From the NCBI GenBank assembly GCA_034422595.1, contig DAOUJO010000001.1, positions 491,039 to 555,038 on the forward strand: a stretch of DNA of 64,000 bases, read 5' to 3'. Below, piece after piece: positions 54,587 through 62,547 of this stretch (positions are counted from its first letter, which is position 1; every line of letters begins with the position of its first letter). Below the pieces are notes generated by a model. That model had not been told where the DNA came from, did not search any database, and saw only the letters and a list, made by a program, of their open reading frames with translations. Source of the stretch: Dehalococcoidia bacterium (GTDB taxonomy: Bacteria > Chloroflexota > Dehalococcoidia > Lucifugimonadales > Australimonadaceae). The position numbers and the translations under genes are program-made.

Positions 54587-54614
54587 GTTACGGAAGAGTT
54601 ACGCGGTTGTTACG
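54587..54614. promoter_or_regulatory. Three GTTACG direct repeats with exact 11-bp periodicity upstream of the nitrate operon
   Basis: GTTACG at 54587-54592, 54598-54603 and 54609-54614. On the coding strand these read CGTAAC. Confidence 0.35.
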
Positions 54615-54626
54615 TCCCGCGCACGG

Positions 54627-55697
54627 TCAGGACGCGAAGACTCCCGTCTCCTCCTGGTGCGGGGCGTCCATCGCCTCCTCGCGGTAGAGGTTGAGCGCCT
54701 GCAGGACGGGGCTGTCGTTGTAGGAGAAGAGGACGGCCTCCTCCTCGGCGGCGTGCTCGTGGAAGTACCACGACGGCACGACGAACGTGTCCTTCGGTCC
54801 CCAGTCGAACCGCGTGCCCGCGATGATGCTGCTCCCGCTGCCCTGGATGACGTGGTAGATCGTCCCGCCCACGTGCCTGTGCGCTTGCGTGCGCTGACCA
54901 GCACGCAGCAGCGTAGCGAAGCACGCGATGGTCGGCATCGCGGGCCCGCCGTTCAGCGGGTTCGTGTACTCGACCGTGATGCCGTCGTACGGGCTGCCGT
55001 CCGTATCCTCGGCCAGCGCCTTCAGGGCTGCGTACGTGCTCTCGAACTTGTAATTGAGGATGGGCGAGTTCGGCGAGTCGCGCCGCTCCCACGTCGGCGT
55101 CAGGCTTCCCGCGCCGAACATACGCAGCGAGAGGTCGTCCGGCTTCGTCAGCGGATGCGTGCTGTCCGGGTACTGCTCGTAGAAGTTCGCGTCGAGCGAC
55201 TGCACGAACGGCACGTCGAGGCCGTCCAGCCACACCATCGGCGCGTCGCCCTCGTTGCCGTGGTCGTGCCACGTCCAGCTCGGCGTCGTCACGAAGTCGC
55301 CGGGGTCCATGTAGCTCTTCTCGCCGTTGACGGCGGTGTACGCCCCCTGCCCTTCGATGACGAGCCGCAGCGCCGACGGCGAGTGGCGGTGCGACGGTGC
55401 GATCTCGCCCGGCTTGATGATCTGGAGGTTCGCGTACAGCGACGATGTCGCCGAGGGCTTTTCGATGCCGGGGTTGGTGAACACGAAGACGCGCCGCTCC
55501 GCGAGCTCCATCGGCACGAGGTCGGCCGCGCGGTACAGCAGGTCGCGGTAGTCGAGGTAACGCCAGAGGAACGGCTGCACGGTCGGCCTGCCGCGTTGGG
55601 CGTTCACCTCCCACAGCGGCATCGCGTTCCGGCTGCGCACCTCCTGCAGCAGCAGGTCCATCTCCTCGATGCGGCTCTCGCCCGCGCTGTTCGTCAT
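54627..55697 (-). CDS. Gentisate 1,2-dioxygenase-like bicupin
   Basis: Within ORF 54627..55844, ATG 55697 preceded by GGAGG. PGEIAPSHRHSPSALRLVIEG, TWHDHGN. Confidence 0.8.
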   Translation of the reverse strand: MTNSAGESRIEEMDLLLQEVRSRNAMPLWEVNAQRGRPTVQPFLWRYLDYRDLLYRAADLVPMELAERRVFVFTNPGIEKPSATSSLYANLQIIKPGEIAPSHRHSPSALRLVIEGQGAYTAVNGEKSYMDPGDFVTTPSWTWHDHGNEGDAPMVWLDGLDVPFVQSLDANFYEQYPDSTHPLTKPDDLSLRMFGAGSLTPTWERRDSPNSPILNYKFESTYAALKALAEDTDGSPYDGITVEYTNPLNGGPAMPTIACFATLLRAGQRTQAHRHVGGTIYHVIQGSGSSIIAGTRFDWGPKDTFVVPSWYFHEHAAEEEAVLFSYNDSPVLQALNLYREEAMDAPHQEETGVFAS

Positions 55698-55746
55698 GGC
55701 ACACCTCCGCCGGTTGCCGCAAAGGTACGCCGCACGCCGGACGGGG

Positions 55747-56976
55747 TCAAACGGCCGACAGCCCCTCCGGCGTGTCGCCGCGCGCGAGCAGATAAACGTT
55801 GATCGCGACCGCGCACACGACCGTGAGCGCCGCGACACCCGCAAGCATCACGAACACCCACTGTACGCCCGGCCCGTCTGCCAGGAACCCGCCTCCCAGT
55901 CCTGCGAACGCCCCGATGCCGAAGCCGGTGAACGAGGTGAGGCCGTACATGCGCCCCTGCAGCCGCTCGGCAGCGTAGTCCGAGATCATCGCGACCGCTG
56001 TCGGCTGCGCCAGGAAGTTGAAGAACACGAACGCCGACGCGCCGGCGAGCAACAGCCAGCCGTCCCACAGGCCCATCATAAGCAGCGGGGGCACCGTCAG
56101 CGCCGCAGCGGGCACCAGCAGACGCTCACGTCTGAAGCGCTCGCCCATCTCGCCGCCCGCGTACTGCCCCGCTACGCCGAATAGCAGCGCGACGGTAGCC
56201 GCCGCGCCGCCGATCACCACCGGCTCGAACCCGAACACGTCGAAACCCAGGTTCTTGCCCAGGTGCAGCGGCAGGAACAGCGTGAGCCCGCGGAAGACGA
56301 ACCCGAAGCAGCCGTTGATGACGAACATCAGCGCCAGCGGCACGAGCAGGCTCTGCGCGCGCAGGCGCGGGCGTGGACGTTGGCTGCTCCCTCCCACGTC
56401 GTCCGGCGGCGAGCGGAACGCCGAGATCGAGACGGCGATCGACAGCACCGCGAACACGACGAACGCCCCACGCCAGCTCCACGCGCCCGCCACGGCTGCC
56501 GTCAGCAGCGGCGCCAGCGCTGTCCCCAGGTTGCCGCCCGCCCCGTGGATGCCCAGCGCACGCGCCCGGCTCCGGACGCTGCGCGTGATGAGCGATAGCC
56601 CTGCGGGATGATAGAGGCCGCCCAATATCCCGATGAGCACGAGCGCAACGCCGAGCACCCACACGTTCGGGGCCGCCGCCGCGACCAGCGCCGCCACTCC
56701 CGCTCCGCCCATCGAGAGCGCCACGGTGCGCTGCGAGCCGAGCCGGTCGGCCATCTCTCCCGCGGGAACAGCCGTGAACGCATAGGCCAGCCAGGAAACC
56801 GTCGCCAGCGCCCCGAGCACGACCTCGGTGGTGCCGAACTCGATCAGGATGACGGCGAGCACCGTCCCGTAGACCAGGTCGACGGCGTGGTTCAGCCCGT
56901 GCGCGACGCCGGTCGACGCGACGATGCGGCGCTCCTCCGGCGTCATGCGGCCTGCGGCTTCGGTGTAGGTCGCCAT
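55747..56976 (-). CDS. MFS transporter
   Basis: ORF 55747..56976. 12-TM-like hydrophobic profile. GEMADRLGSQRT loop. Confidence 0.85.
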   Translation of the reverse strand: MATYTEAAGRMTPEERRIVASTGVAHGLNHAVDLVYGTVLAVILIEFGTTEVVLGALATVSWLAYAFTAVPAGEMADRLGSQRTVALSMGGAGVAALVAAAAPNVWVLGVALVLIGILGGLYHPAGLSLITRSVRSRARALGIHGAGGNLGTALAPLLTAAVAGAWSWRGAFVVFAVLSIAVSISAFRSPPDDVGGSSQRPRPRLRAQSLLVPLALMFVINGCFGFVFRGLTLFLPLHLGKNLGFDVFGFEPVVIGGAAATVALLFGVAGQYAGGEMGERFRRERLLVPAAALTVPPLLMMGLWDGWLLLAGASAFVFFNFLAQPTAVAMISDYAAERLQGRMYGLTSFTGFGIGAFAGLGGGFLADGPGVQWVFVMLAGVAALTVVCAVAINVYLLARGDTPEGLSAV

Positions 56977-57157
56977 CCCGCGCAGTATGCCACGAGCAGC
57001 CCCGGCTCACACGCGATTCCTGACGGGCACCCGTGAACGGAGTCGCATACGTTGACTTGCGGGGCATGGAGTGTTAGGTTGCGCGCCGCTTGTACGCTGC
57101 CGATAGCACGGCAGCTTTTCCGCGAAATTGGCGGAAACCGAAAGTGGGAGGGAAACC

Positions 57158-58486
57158 ATGCGCACACTGCATTGGGGAAGTAAGCAACTCTGGCTGGTTG
57201 TGGCTGTTCTGGGGCTCGTCGTTGGCCTCGCGGCATGTGGATCGGAGGATCCAACGCCGACTCCCGTGCCTCCCACACCCACGCCTACGGCCACGCCTGT
57301 GCCGGAGCCGGGTACAACGCCTGTGCCGGCGCCTGAACCTACGGCCACGCCTACGCCGGACGCGTCGTTCGAGGCGCAGTGGGAGCAGCTCGTTGCCGAC
57401 GCACAGGCCGAGGGCGAGATTGTCATCAGCCTGGGCGGGACGGACTCCCGGCACATCCGGGACACCCTCGCGCAGTTCCAGAAGAAGTTCGACATCAGGG
57501 TCATCGCCAGCACGGGCAGCGGTAACGCGAACACCACGCGTATCCTGGCCGAGCGCTCCCGCGGACGCTACACCGTTGACTACAGCGTCGCGGGCACGTC
57601 GTCGACGCAGCGGCTGATCGACGCCGAGGCCTTGGTCCCCGTCGCGCCGCTCGTCATCGAGCCGACGATCCTGAACCGGACCCCCGAACACTGGCACCTC
57701 TCGCCGAAGGTGTGGTGGTCCGACGTCTCCGCCACGTACTCGATGTCTGACAGCCTCAGCATCGACAACTTCACGGACCTCTGGTACAGCACCGACAGGC
57801 TGAGCCCGGCGGAAGCTGCCGAGATCACGTCGTGGTGGGACCTGGCCGACCCGAAGTGGGCCGGCGAGATCGCCATGACCGGCTTCGCTACTCAGGGCAC
57901 CGGAGCGACCGCCCGCGTGCGCGTGCACCGCGGCGTGGGACAGGACTTCTGGGAGGCCGTCACCAGGAACGCTGCCGTCGGCAACAACGTCCTGGACTTC
58001 TCGGCCGCCGACGGCTGCGCCGACCTGGTCGCTCGCGCGGTGGTGACCTTCGGCTTCGGCTGCGACGTTGCGTTGCGTCCGCTGGCAGCGTCGGGTCTGC
58101 CGGTTGCCTCCATCACCGACCACATCGTCATGGAGGAGGGCCTGTCGGCTGAGGTCGGCGGCACCGGCACCGTGCTCGACAAGGCGCCTCACCCCAAGGC
58201 TGCCCAGCTCTTCCTGAACTGGTGGTACAGCCAGGACGGCATGGAGACGGACGTCAACTTCACGCGCAACCTCTCGCCCTCTCCGAAACTGCGTTCGGAC
58301 GTCTCGCAAGGCAAGGTCGAGGACAGGTTGTGGGACCGCGTGGGGCAGCTGCAGAGCCTGCTTGAAGCGGACAAGGTGTTCGTGGTCGACCAGGGCGTCC
58401 CTGAGTACGATGACGACCGGACTCTGTCGCTCAACTACCTGCAGGCGCTCTACGACGAGCTCGGCATCCTGTACACGGCGAACTAG
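57158..58486 (+). CDS. ABC transporter substrate-binding lipoprotein (family-1 / iron(III)-type) with a PT linker
   Basis: Within ORF 57128..58486. ATG 57158 preceded by GGGAGGG. Lipobox GLAACG, then a PT-rich region at 57248-57361. Confidence 0.8.
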   Translation: MRTLHWGSKQLWLVVAVLGLVVGLAACGSEDPTPTPVPPTPTPTATPVPEPGTTPVPAPEPTATPTPDASFEAQWEQLVADAQAEGEIVISLGGTDSRHIRDTLAQFQKKFDIRVIASTGSGNANTTRILAERSRGRYTVDYSVAGTSSTQRLIDAEALVPVAPLVIEPTILNRTPEHWHLSPKVWWSDVSATYSMSDSLSIDNFTDLWYSTDRLSPAEAAEITSWWDLADPKWAGEIAMTGFATQGTGATARVRVHRGVGQDFWEAVTRNAAVGNNVLDFSAADGCADLVARAVVTFGFGCDVALRPLAASGLPVASITDHIVMEEGLSAEVGGTGTVLDKAPHPKAAQLFLNWWYSQDGMETDVNFTRNLSPSPKLRSDVSQGKVEDRLWDRVGQLQSLLEADKVFVVDQGVPEYDDDRTLSLNYLQALYDELGILYTAN

Positions 58487-58587
58487 AGAGCGATGCCGCG
58501 TCACGGCGGCCGGGGAGAGTACCTCCCTGGCCGTCGTGACGCGACAAGCCCAGCGCAAGGAACACCGGGTACCAGGAACCAGAGGAA

Positions 58588-60384
58588 GTGATGACATCGC
58601 CTGCGACGATTGCACGCCCTTCCGCCCTCAGGAGCTTCTTCAGGGCAGAGATGGGCACGTTCATCATGGCGCTCGTCATCATCTCCCTCAGCGTCTACCT
58701 GATCCTGCCGATGCTGATCCTCTTCTGGTTCAGCTTCGATGTTTCCACGGACGTATTCGTCCCACCCCGTGAGTTCGGCTTCGCCAACTGGACCGGCGCG
58801 TTCGACAATCCACGCATACCGACTGCGTTGTGGAACTCCTTCCTCGTCTGGTTCTTCGTGATGATCATCGCCTTCCCCATCTCCGTGGCGATCTCGATGG
58901 TCCTCGCGCGGACCAAGATCCCCTTCTCCCAGGGGCTGGAGTTCTTCTTCTGGATCGCCTACATGTTCCCCCCCCTCGCGAGCACCATCGGCTGGATGAT
59001 GATGCTCGCCCCCACCAGCGGCTTCATCAACGTGGCGCTGGAAGCGCTCCCGTTCGTCGACAGGGGGCCCTTCAACATCTTCAGCCTGGAGGGCATCGTG
59101 TTCGCGAGGATCATGGCGGACGGCATCGCCTACAAGGTGATCCTGTTCACGCCGGCCTTCCGCAACATGGACCAGGCGCTGGAGGAGGCCGGGCGCGTCT
59201 CGGGAGCGTCCAAGCTCGGCACCATCATCAAGGTGACACTGCCGGTGATGGCGGCGCCGCTGATGCTGGTGTTCGCCCTGCACCTCATCCGCGTCTTCCA
59301 GGGGTTCGAGACGGAGTGGCTGCTTGGGGCGCGATGGGGGTTCTACGTCTACTCCACCCTCATCTACCTGGATGCCCAGGCTTTCAACTACGCGCCCGCC
59401 GTCGTGACCGCGAGCCTCACGCTCGTCGTCATCGGCTTCATCTTCCCGATACAGCGCTGGGTGACGCGCCGCCGCCACTACACCACTATCACCGGTAAGT
59501 TCAGCCCGGGCCTTATCGAACTGGGCGGATGGAAGTGGGTCTTCTTCTCGGCCATCCTCGGGCTGCTCATCGTGCTGACCGCGCTGCCCATCCTGGTGCT
59601 GGTCGTCGGGAGCTTCATGAACCACGTGGGCTACTTCAACGCGATACCCACGTGGACGTTCGACCACTGGCGCGATACCTTCTCCGATGAACTCTTCTTC
59701 ACCGGGCTGCGGACCACCATCACGCTTGCCGTCGTGGCGGGCGTCGGCAGCCCCCTGCTCTTCTCCATCATCGCCTACCTCATCGTGCGCAGTAAGTGGC
59801 GATTGAGAACGACGCTGGACTCCATCATCTGGGTCTCGGCGGCCTTCCCCGGCATCCTGTCCTCCCTGGGCCTGCTGATGCTCTTCCTGAGCGTGCCGGG
59901 GCTGACGTGGCTGTACGGCTCCATCTGGGCGTTGGTCCTGGTGGTTATCATCTCGGGCAACACCACGGGCACCAACATCTTCAAGGGCGTGCTGGTGCAG
60001 TTGGGGGCCGACCTCGAAGAGGCCAGCCGCGTTTCAGGGGCTGGATGGTTCCGCACCTACTTCCGCATCGTCATCCCGGTCATCATGCCGACGATGGTGC
60101 TGATCGGGATGCTGAACTTCATATCGGCCGCGAACACCACGTCCAGCATCATCCTGCTCGCCTCGCGGGATACGATCACCCTCTCCATCCTTGCGCTGGA
60201 GTTGGGCTCCTCGGACCTTGGCCAGGTCGAGAGGGCAGGGATCATAACGCTGGTGATCATGACGATGACGATGGGTGTGGCGCTGGTGATGCGGGCCTTC
60301 GCGCTGCGCGTGGGGCTCCGGCAGGACATGCGCGCCCGCGACGTTCAGGGCAGATCGATCGCCGCAACGGAGAGGACGGCATGA
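58588..60384 (+). CDS. ABC transporter permease, fused two-domain type
   Basis: ORF 58588..60384 (GTG 58588 or ATG 58591). Two EAA-like loops (LEEAGRVSGAS and LEEASRVSGAG). Confidence 0.85.
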   Translation: MMTSPATIARPSALRSFFRAEMGTFIMALVIISLSVYLILPMLILFWFSFDVSTDVFVPPREFGFANWTGAFDNPRIPTALWNSFLVWFFVMIIAFPISVAISMVLARTKIPFSQGLEFFFWIAYMFPPLASTIGWMMMLAPTSGFINVALEALPFVDRGPFNIFSLEGIVFARIMADGIAYKVILFTPAFRNMDQALEEAGRVSGASKLGTIIKVTLPVMAAPLMLVFALHLIRVFQGFETEWLLGARWGFYVYSTLIYLDAQAFNYAPAVVTASLTLVVIGFIFPIQRWVTRRRHYTTITGKFSPGLIELGGWKWVFFSAILGLLIVLTALPILVLVVGSFMNHVGYFNAIPTWTFDHWRDTFSDELFFTGLRTTITLAVVAGVGSPLLFSIIAYLIVRSKWRLRTTLDSIIWVSAAFPGILSSLGLLMLFLSVPGLTWLYGSIWALVLVVIISGNTTGTNIFKGVLVQLGADLEEASRVSGAGWFRTYFRIVIPVIMPTMVLIGMLNFISAANTTSSIILLASRDTITLSILALELGSSDLGQVERAGIITLVIMTMTMGVALVMRAFALRVGLRQDMRARDVQGRSIAATERTA

Positions 60385-60490
60385 TGGATAGAGAACAAAG
60401 AACGGACGGGGCGACCGATGAGCGCACGGTGTGCGCCAGCGGCACGCCGCGCCGTTCCCCAGTAACGCATCGAAACCAGGAGGTGCTCTG

Positions 60491-61078
60491 ATGAGCAAGG
60501 TATTGACTATCACGTGGCTGCGTTCGAGGAGACTGCTGGTGAGCGCTGTTGCGCTGCTGGGGCTTGTCGCATTGATACTGGCGCTGCAGCCTGCGTTCCC
60601 GGCGAGCGGTTCGCCCGACGCCGCGACGAGGTCCCAGGCGATGGAGGAAGGCTCGAAGGCCACTGTCGTCTTCGAGGTCCATCCCACCTTCATCAAGTAC
60701 CCGGAGGACCGCATCCGCGACCACGGAGTCTGGTTCGTCGGCGCAGGGCTTGCGCCCGAACAGGAAGTCAAGATCCGCATGGTCTGGGGCGCCGCCGGAC
60801 TTGAAACCGACGTCACCTCCGTCCTGGACGTAGGCTACGACGAAGACCTCGGCGGTCTCTTCGCCAACGTGCACGGCGCGTTCGCTGTGGCGTTCGAGCG
60901 CGGCTTCCGGGGCACGTCCAGGGACTTCGTCTTCTACGGCGAGTGGGAGGCCGTTTCGTTCCGCCTCCACGACGCCATCACTGGTGACCTCCTGGCAGTG
61001 GCGCCTGCAGTGCTCTGTGGTCCCGCCCTGGAGGAGCCGTGGTGCAACTTCTCCTCTGAACTCGTTCCTATCGAGTGA
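60491..61078 (+). CDS. Secreted or anchored hypothetical protein
   Basis: Within ORF 60431..61078. ATG 60491 preceded by AGGAGG. N-terminal hydrophobic segment LLVSAVALLGLVALILAL. Confidence 0.55.
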   Translation: MSKVLTITWLRSRRLLVSAVALLGLVALILALQPAFPASGSPDAATRSQAMEEGSKATVVFEVHPTFIKYPEDRIRDHGVWFVGAGLAPEQEVKIRMVWGAAGLETDVTSVLDVGYDEDLGGLFANVHGAFAVAFERGFRGTSRDFVFYGEWEAVSFRLHDAITGDLLAVAPAVLCGPALEEPWCNFSSELVPIE

Positions 61079-61148
61079 TGTAGCGACACAGGTCTCGCCG
61101 CGGGTCGTGAACCGGCCCGCGGCATGACAACGCGGAAGGAGGGTTGCG

Positions 61149-62285
61149 ATGGCTACTGCGCCAACGGAGAGGCAGTCGACCAACAGCTGGTGGCAGTCCC
61201 CGTACGACCGCTGGCTCGTCTCGCAGGATGTGCCGGTGTTCACCGGGTACTACGTCGAGGACCTGCGCACGATCGAGCTCGGCTGGTGGAGCCTGCGCGG
61301 GTGTCCCGGCGCGGTGTTGAACCTCGTCGGCCACCAGGGCGTCACCGAGGCGCACGTCCTCCAGATACCTCCCGGCGAGACGATCCCCGCCTTCCGTATG
61401 GCTGCCGAGGAGATCGTCTACGTCGTCGAGGGGCAGGGCATCGCCACCGTCTGGGCGGAGGGCCACCCGCAGATCAACTTCGAATGGCAGAAGCGCAGCC
61501 TCTTCCGCATCCCGTCCAACTACTACTACCAGTTGAGCAACGCCCGGGGCGACCAGCCTGCGCTGACGCTCCACGTCAGCTACCTGCCGCTGATGATGAG
61601 CATCCAGCCGCGCGAGGATTTCTTCTTCAACAACGCGTACGTCGACCCGTCGGATCTGTACGGCGCCGAGGGTAACCCGTTCTCCTCCGAGGCATACGCG
61701 GTGCGGGAAACCGTGGACCGCGGCGGCGTGAAGCACGAGACCCACCAATGGCACGCCAACTTCTTCCCCGACCTCAACGTCTGGGACAAGCTCAGGGCCT
61801 ACGGGGGACCGAACCGGCGTGCTTTCGGCGCCGGCATCACCTTCCCCAACTCCGCCATCCGCACGGGGATGATGGTGCTGCCGCCCCAGCGCTACCGGGC
61901 AGCGCACCGCCACGGCCCCGGCGTCACCATCGTCGGCGTCTCGCCCGGCAACGGCTTCGCGGTCATGTACCCGGAGGGCGGCGAGAAGGTCGTCTGTCCG
62001 TGGACGGACGCGAGCGTCTTCGTTCCGCCGAACAACTGGTTCCACCAGCACCTCAACCCCGGTGGCACGCAGAACCGGCAACTGCGCGTCTTCCCGCCCA
62101 AGGCCCTCATGGGCTACGACGGCGGGCTGAACAAGGAGGTCCCGTTCATCGAGGAAGACCCTTGGGTGCGCGAGCAGTTCGAGGCCGCCCTTGCAGAGCA
62201 GGGCCTGCCGTCGCTCATGCCGTCCCAGCTGTTCGAGGACCCGGACTACGTCTGGGACGACCCGGAGATGGACGACAAGGACTAG
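61149..62285 (+). CDS. Bicupin-domain protein (dioxygenase-like)
   Basis: ORF 61149..62285. GGAGGG upstream. Cupin-like strands (EIVYVVEGQG and HRHGPGVTIVGV). Confidence 0.7.
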   Translation: MATAPTERQSTNSWWQSPYDRWLVSQDVPVFTGYYVEDLRTIELGWWSLRGCPGAVLNLVGHQGVTEAHVLQIPPGETIPAFRMAAEEIVYVVEGQGIATVWAEGHPQINFEWQKRSLFRIPSNYYYQLSNARGDQPALTLHVSYLPLMMSIQPREDFFFNNAYVDPSDLYGAEGNPFSSEAYAVRETVDRGGVKHETHQWHANFFPDLNVWDKLRAYGGPNRRAFGAGITFPNSAIRTGMMVLPPQRYRAAHRHGPGVTIVGVSPGNGFAVMYPEGGEKVVCPWTDASVFVPPNNWFHQHLNPGGTQNRQLRVFPPKALMGYDGGLNKEVPFIEEDPWVREQFEAALAEQGLPSLMPSQLFEDPDYVWDDPEMDDKD

Positions 62286-62331
62286 GGTTCCAGCGTTGAC
62301 CCACTAGCCGGACACTGGTTATCGTCTTTGC

Positions 62332-62535
62332 ATGGAATCTCCCTACGAAGACGATATTCAGAGTGGCGAGCAGCCCGCCATGCCTCCCCTGCCCACATGG
62401 AAGGGCGGGCCGTTCTTGGTGGATGTCGCCAACCCCGACGAGTTGTTCAGAATCTTCGACGAAGAGGACGAGACGTTGCGCCCGTTCTTCACCCGCGAAG
62501 ACCCGTCGCGACCCTCGGATTCGGAGAGAAAGTAG
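62332..62535 (+). CDS. Small acidic hypothetical protein (67 aa)
   Basis: ORF 62332..62535. Composition unlike the antisense junk ORFs. No family recognised. Confidence 0.35.
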   Translation: MESPYEDDIQSGEQPAMPPLPTWKGGPFLVDVANPDELFRIFDEEDETLRPFFTREDPSRPSDSERK

Positions 62536-62547
62536 CGGACTAGCCCC

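Noticed and set aside
54561-54626. An NtcA-type site (GTA-N8-TAC) in the nitrate operon upstream region.
   Set aside because: The spacing gives GTA-N8-GTA, a direct rather than inverted repeat. The pattern is better described as three phased GTTACG hexamers.
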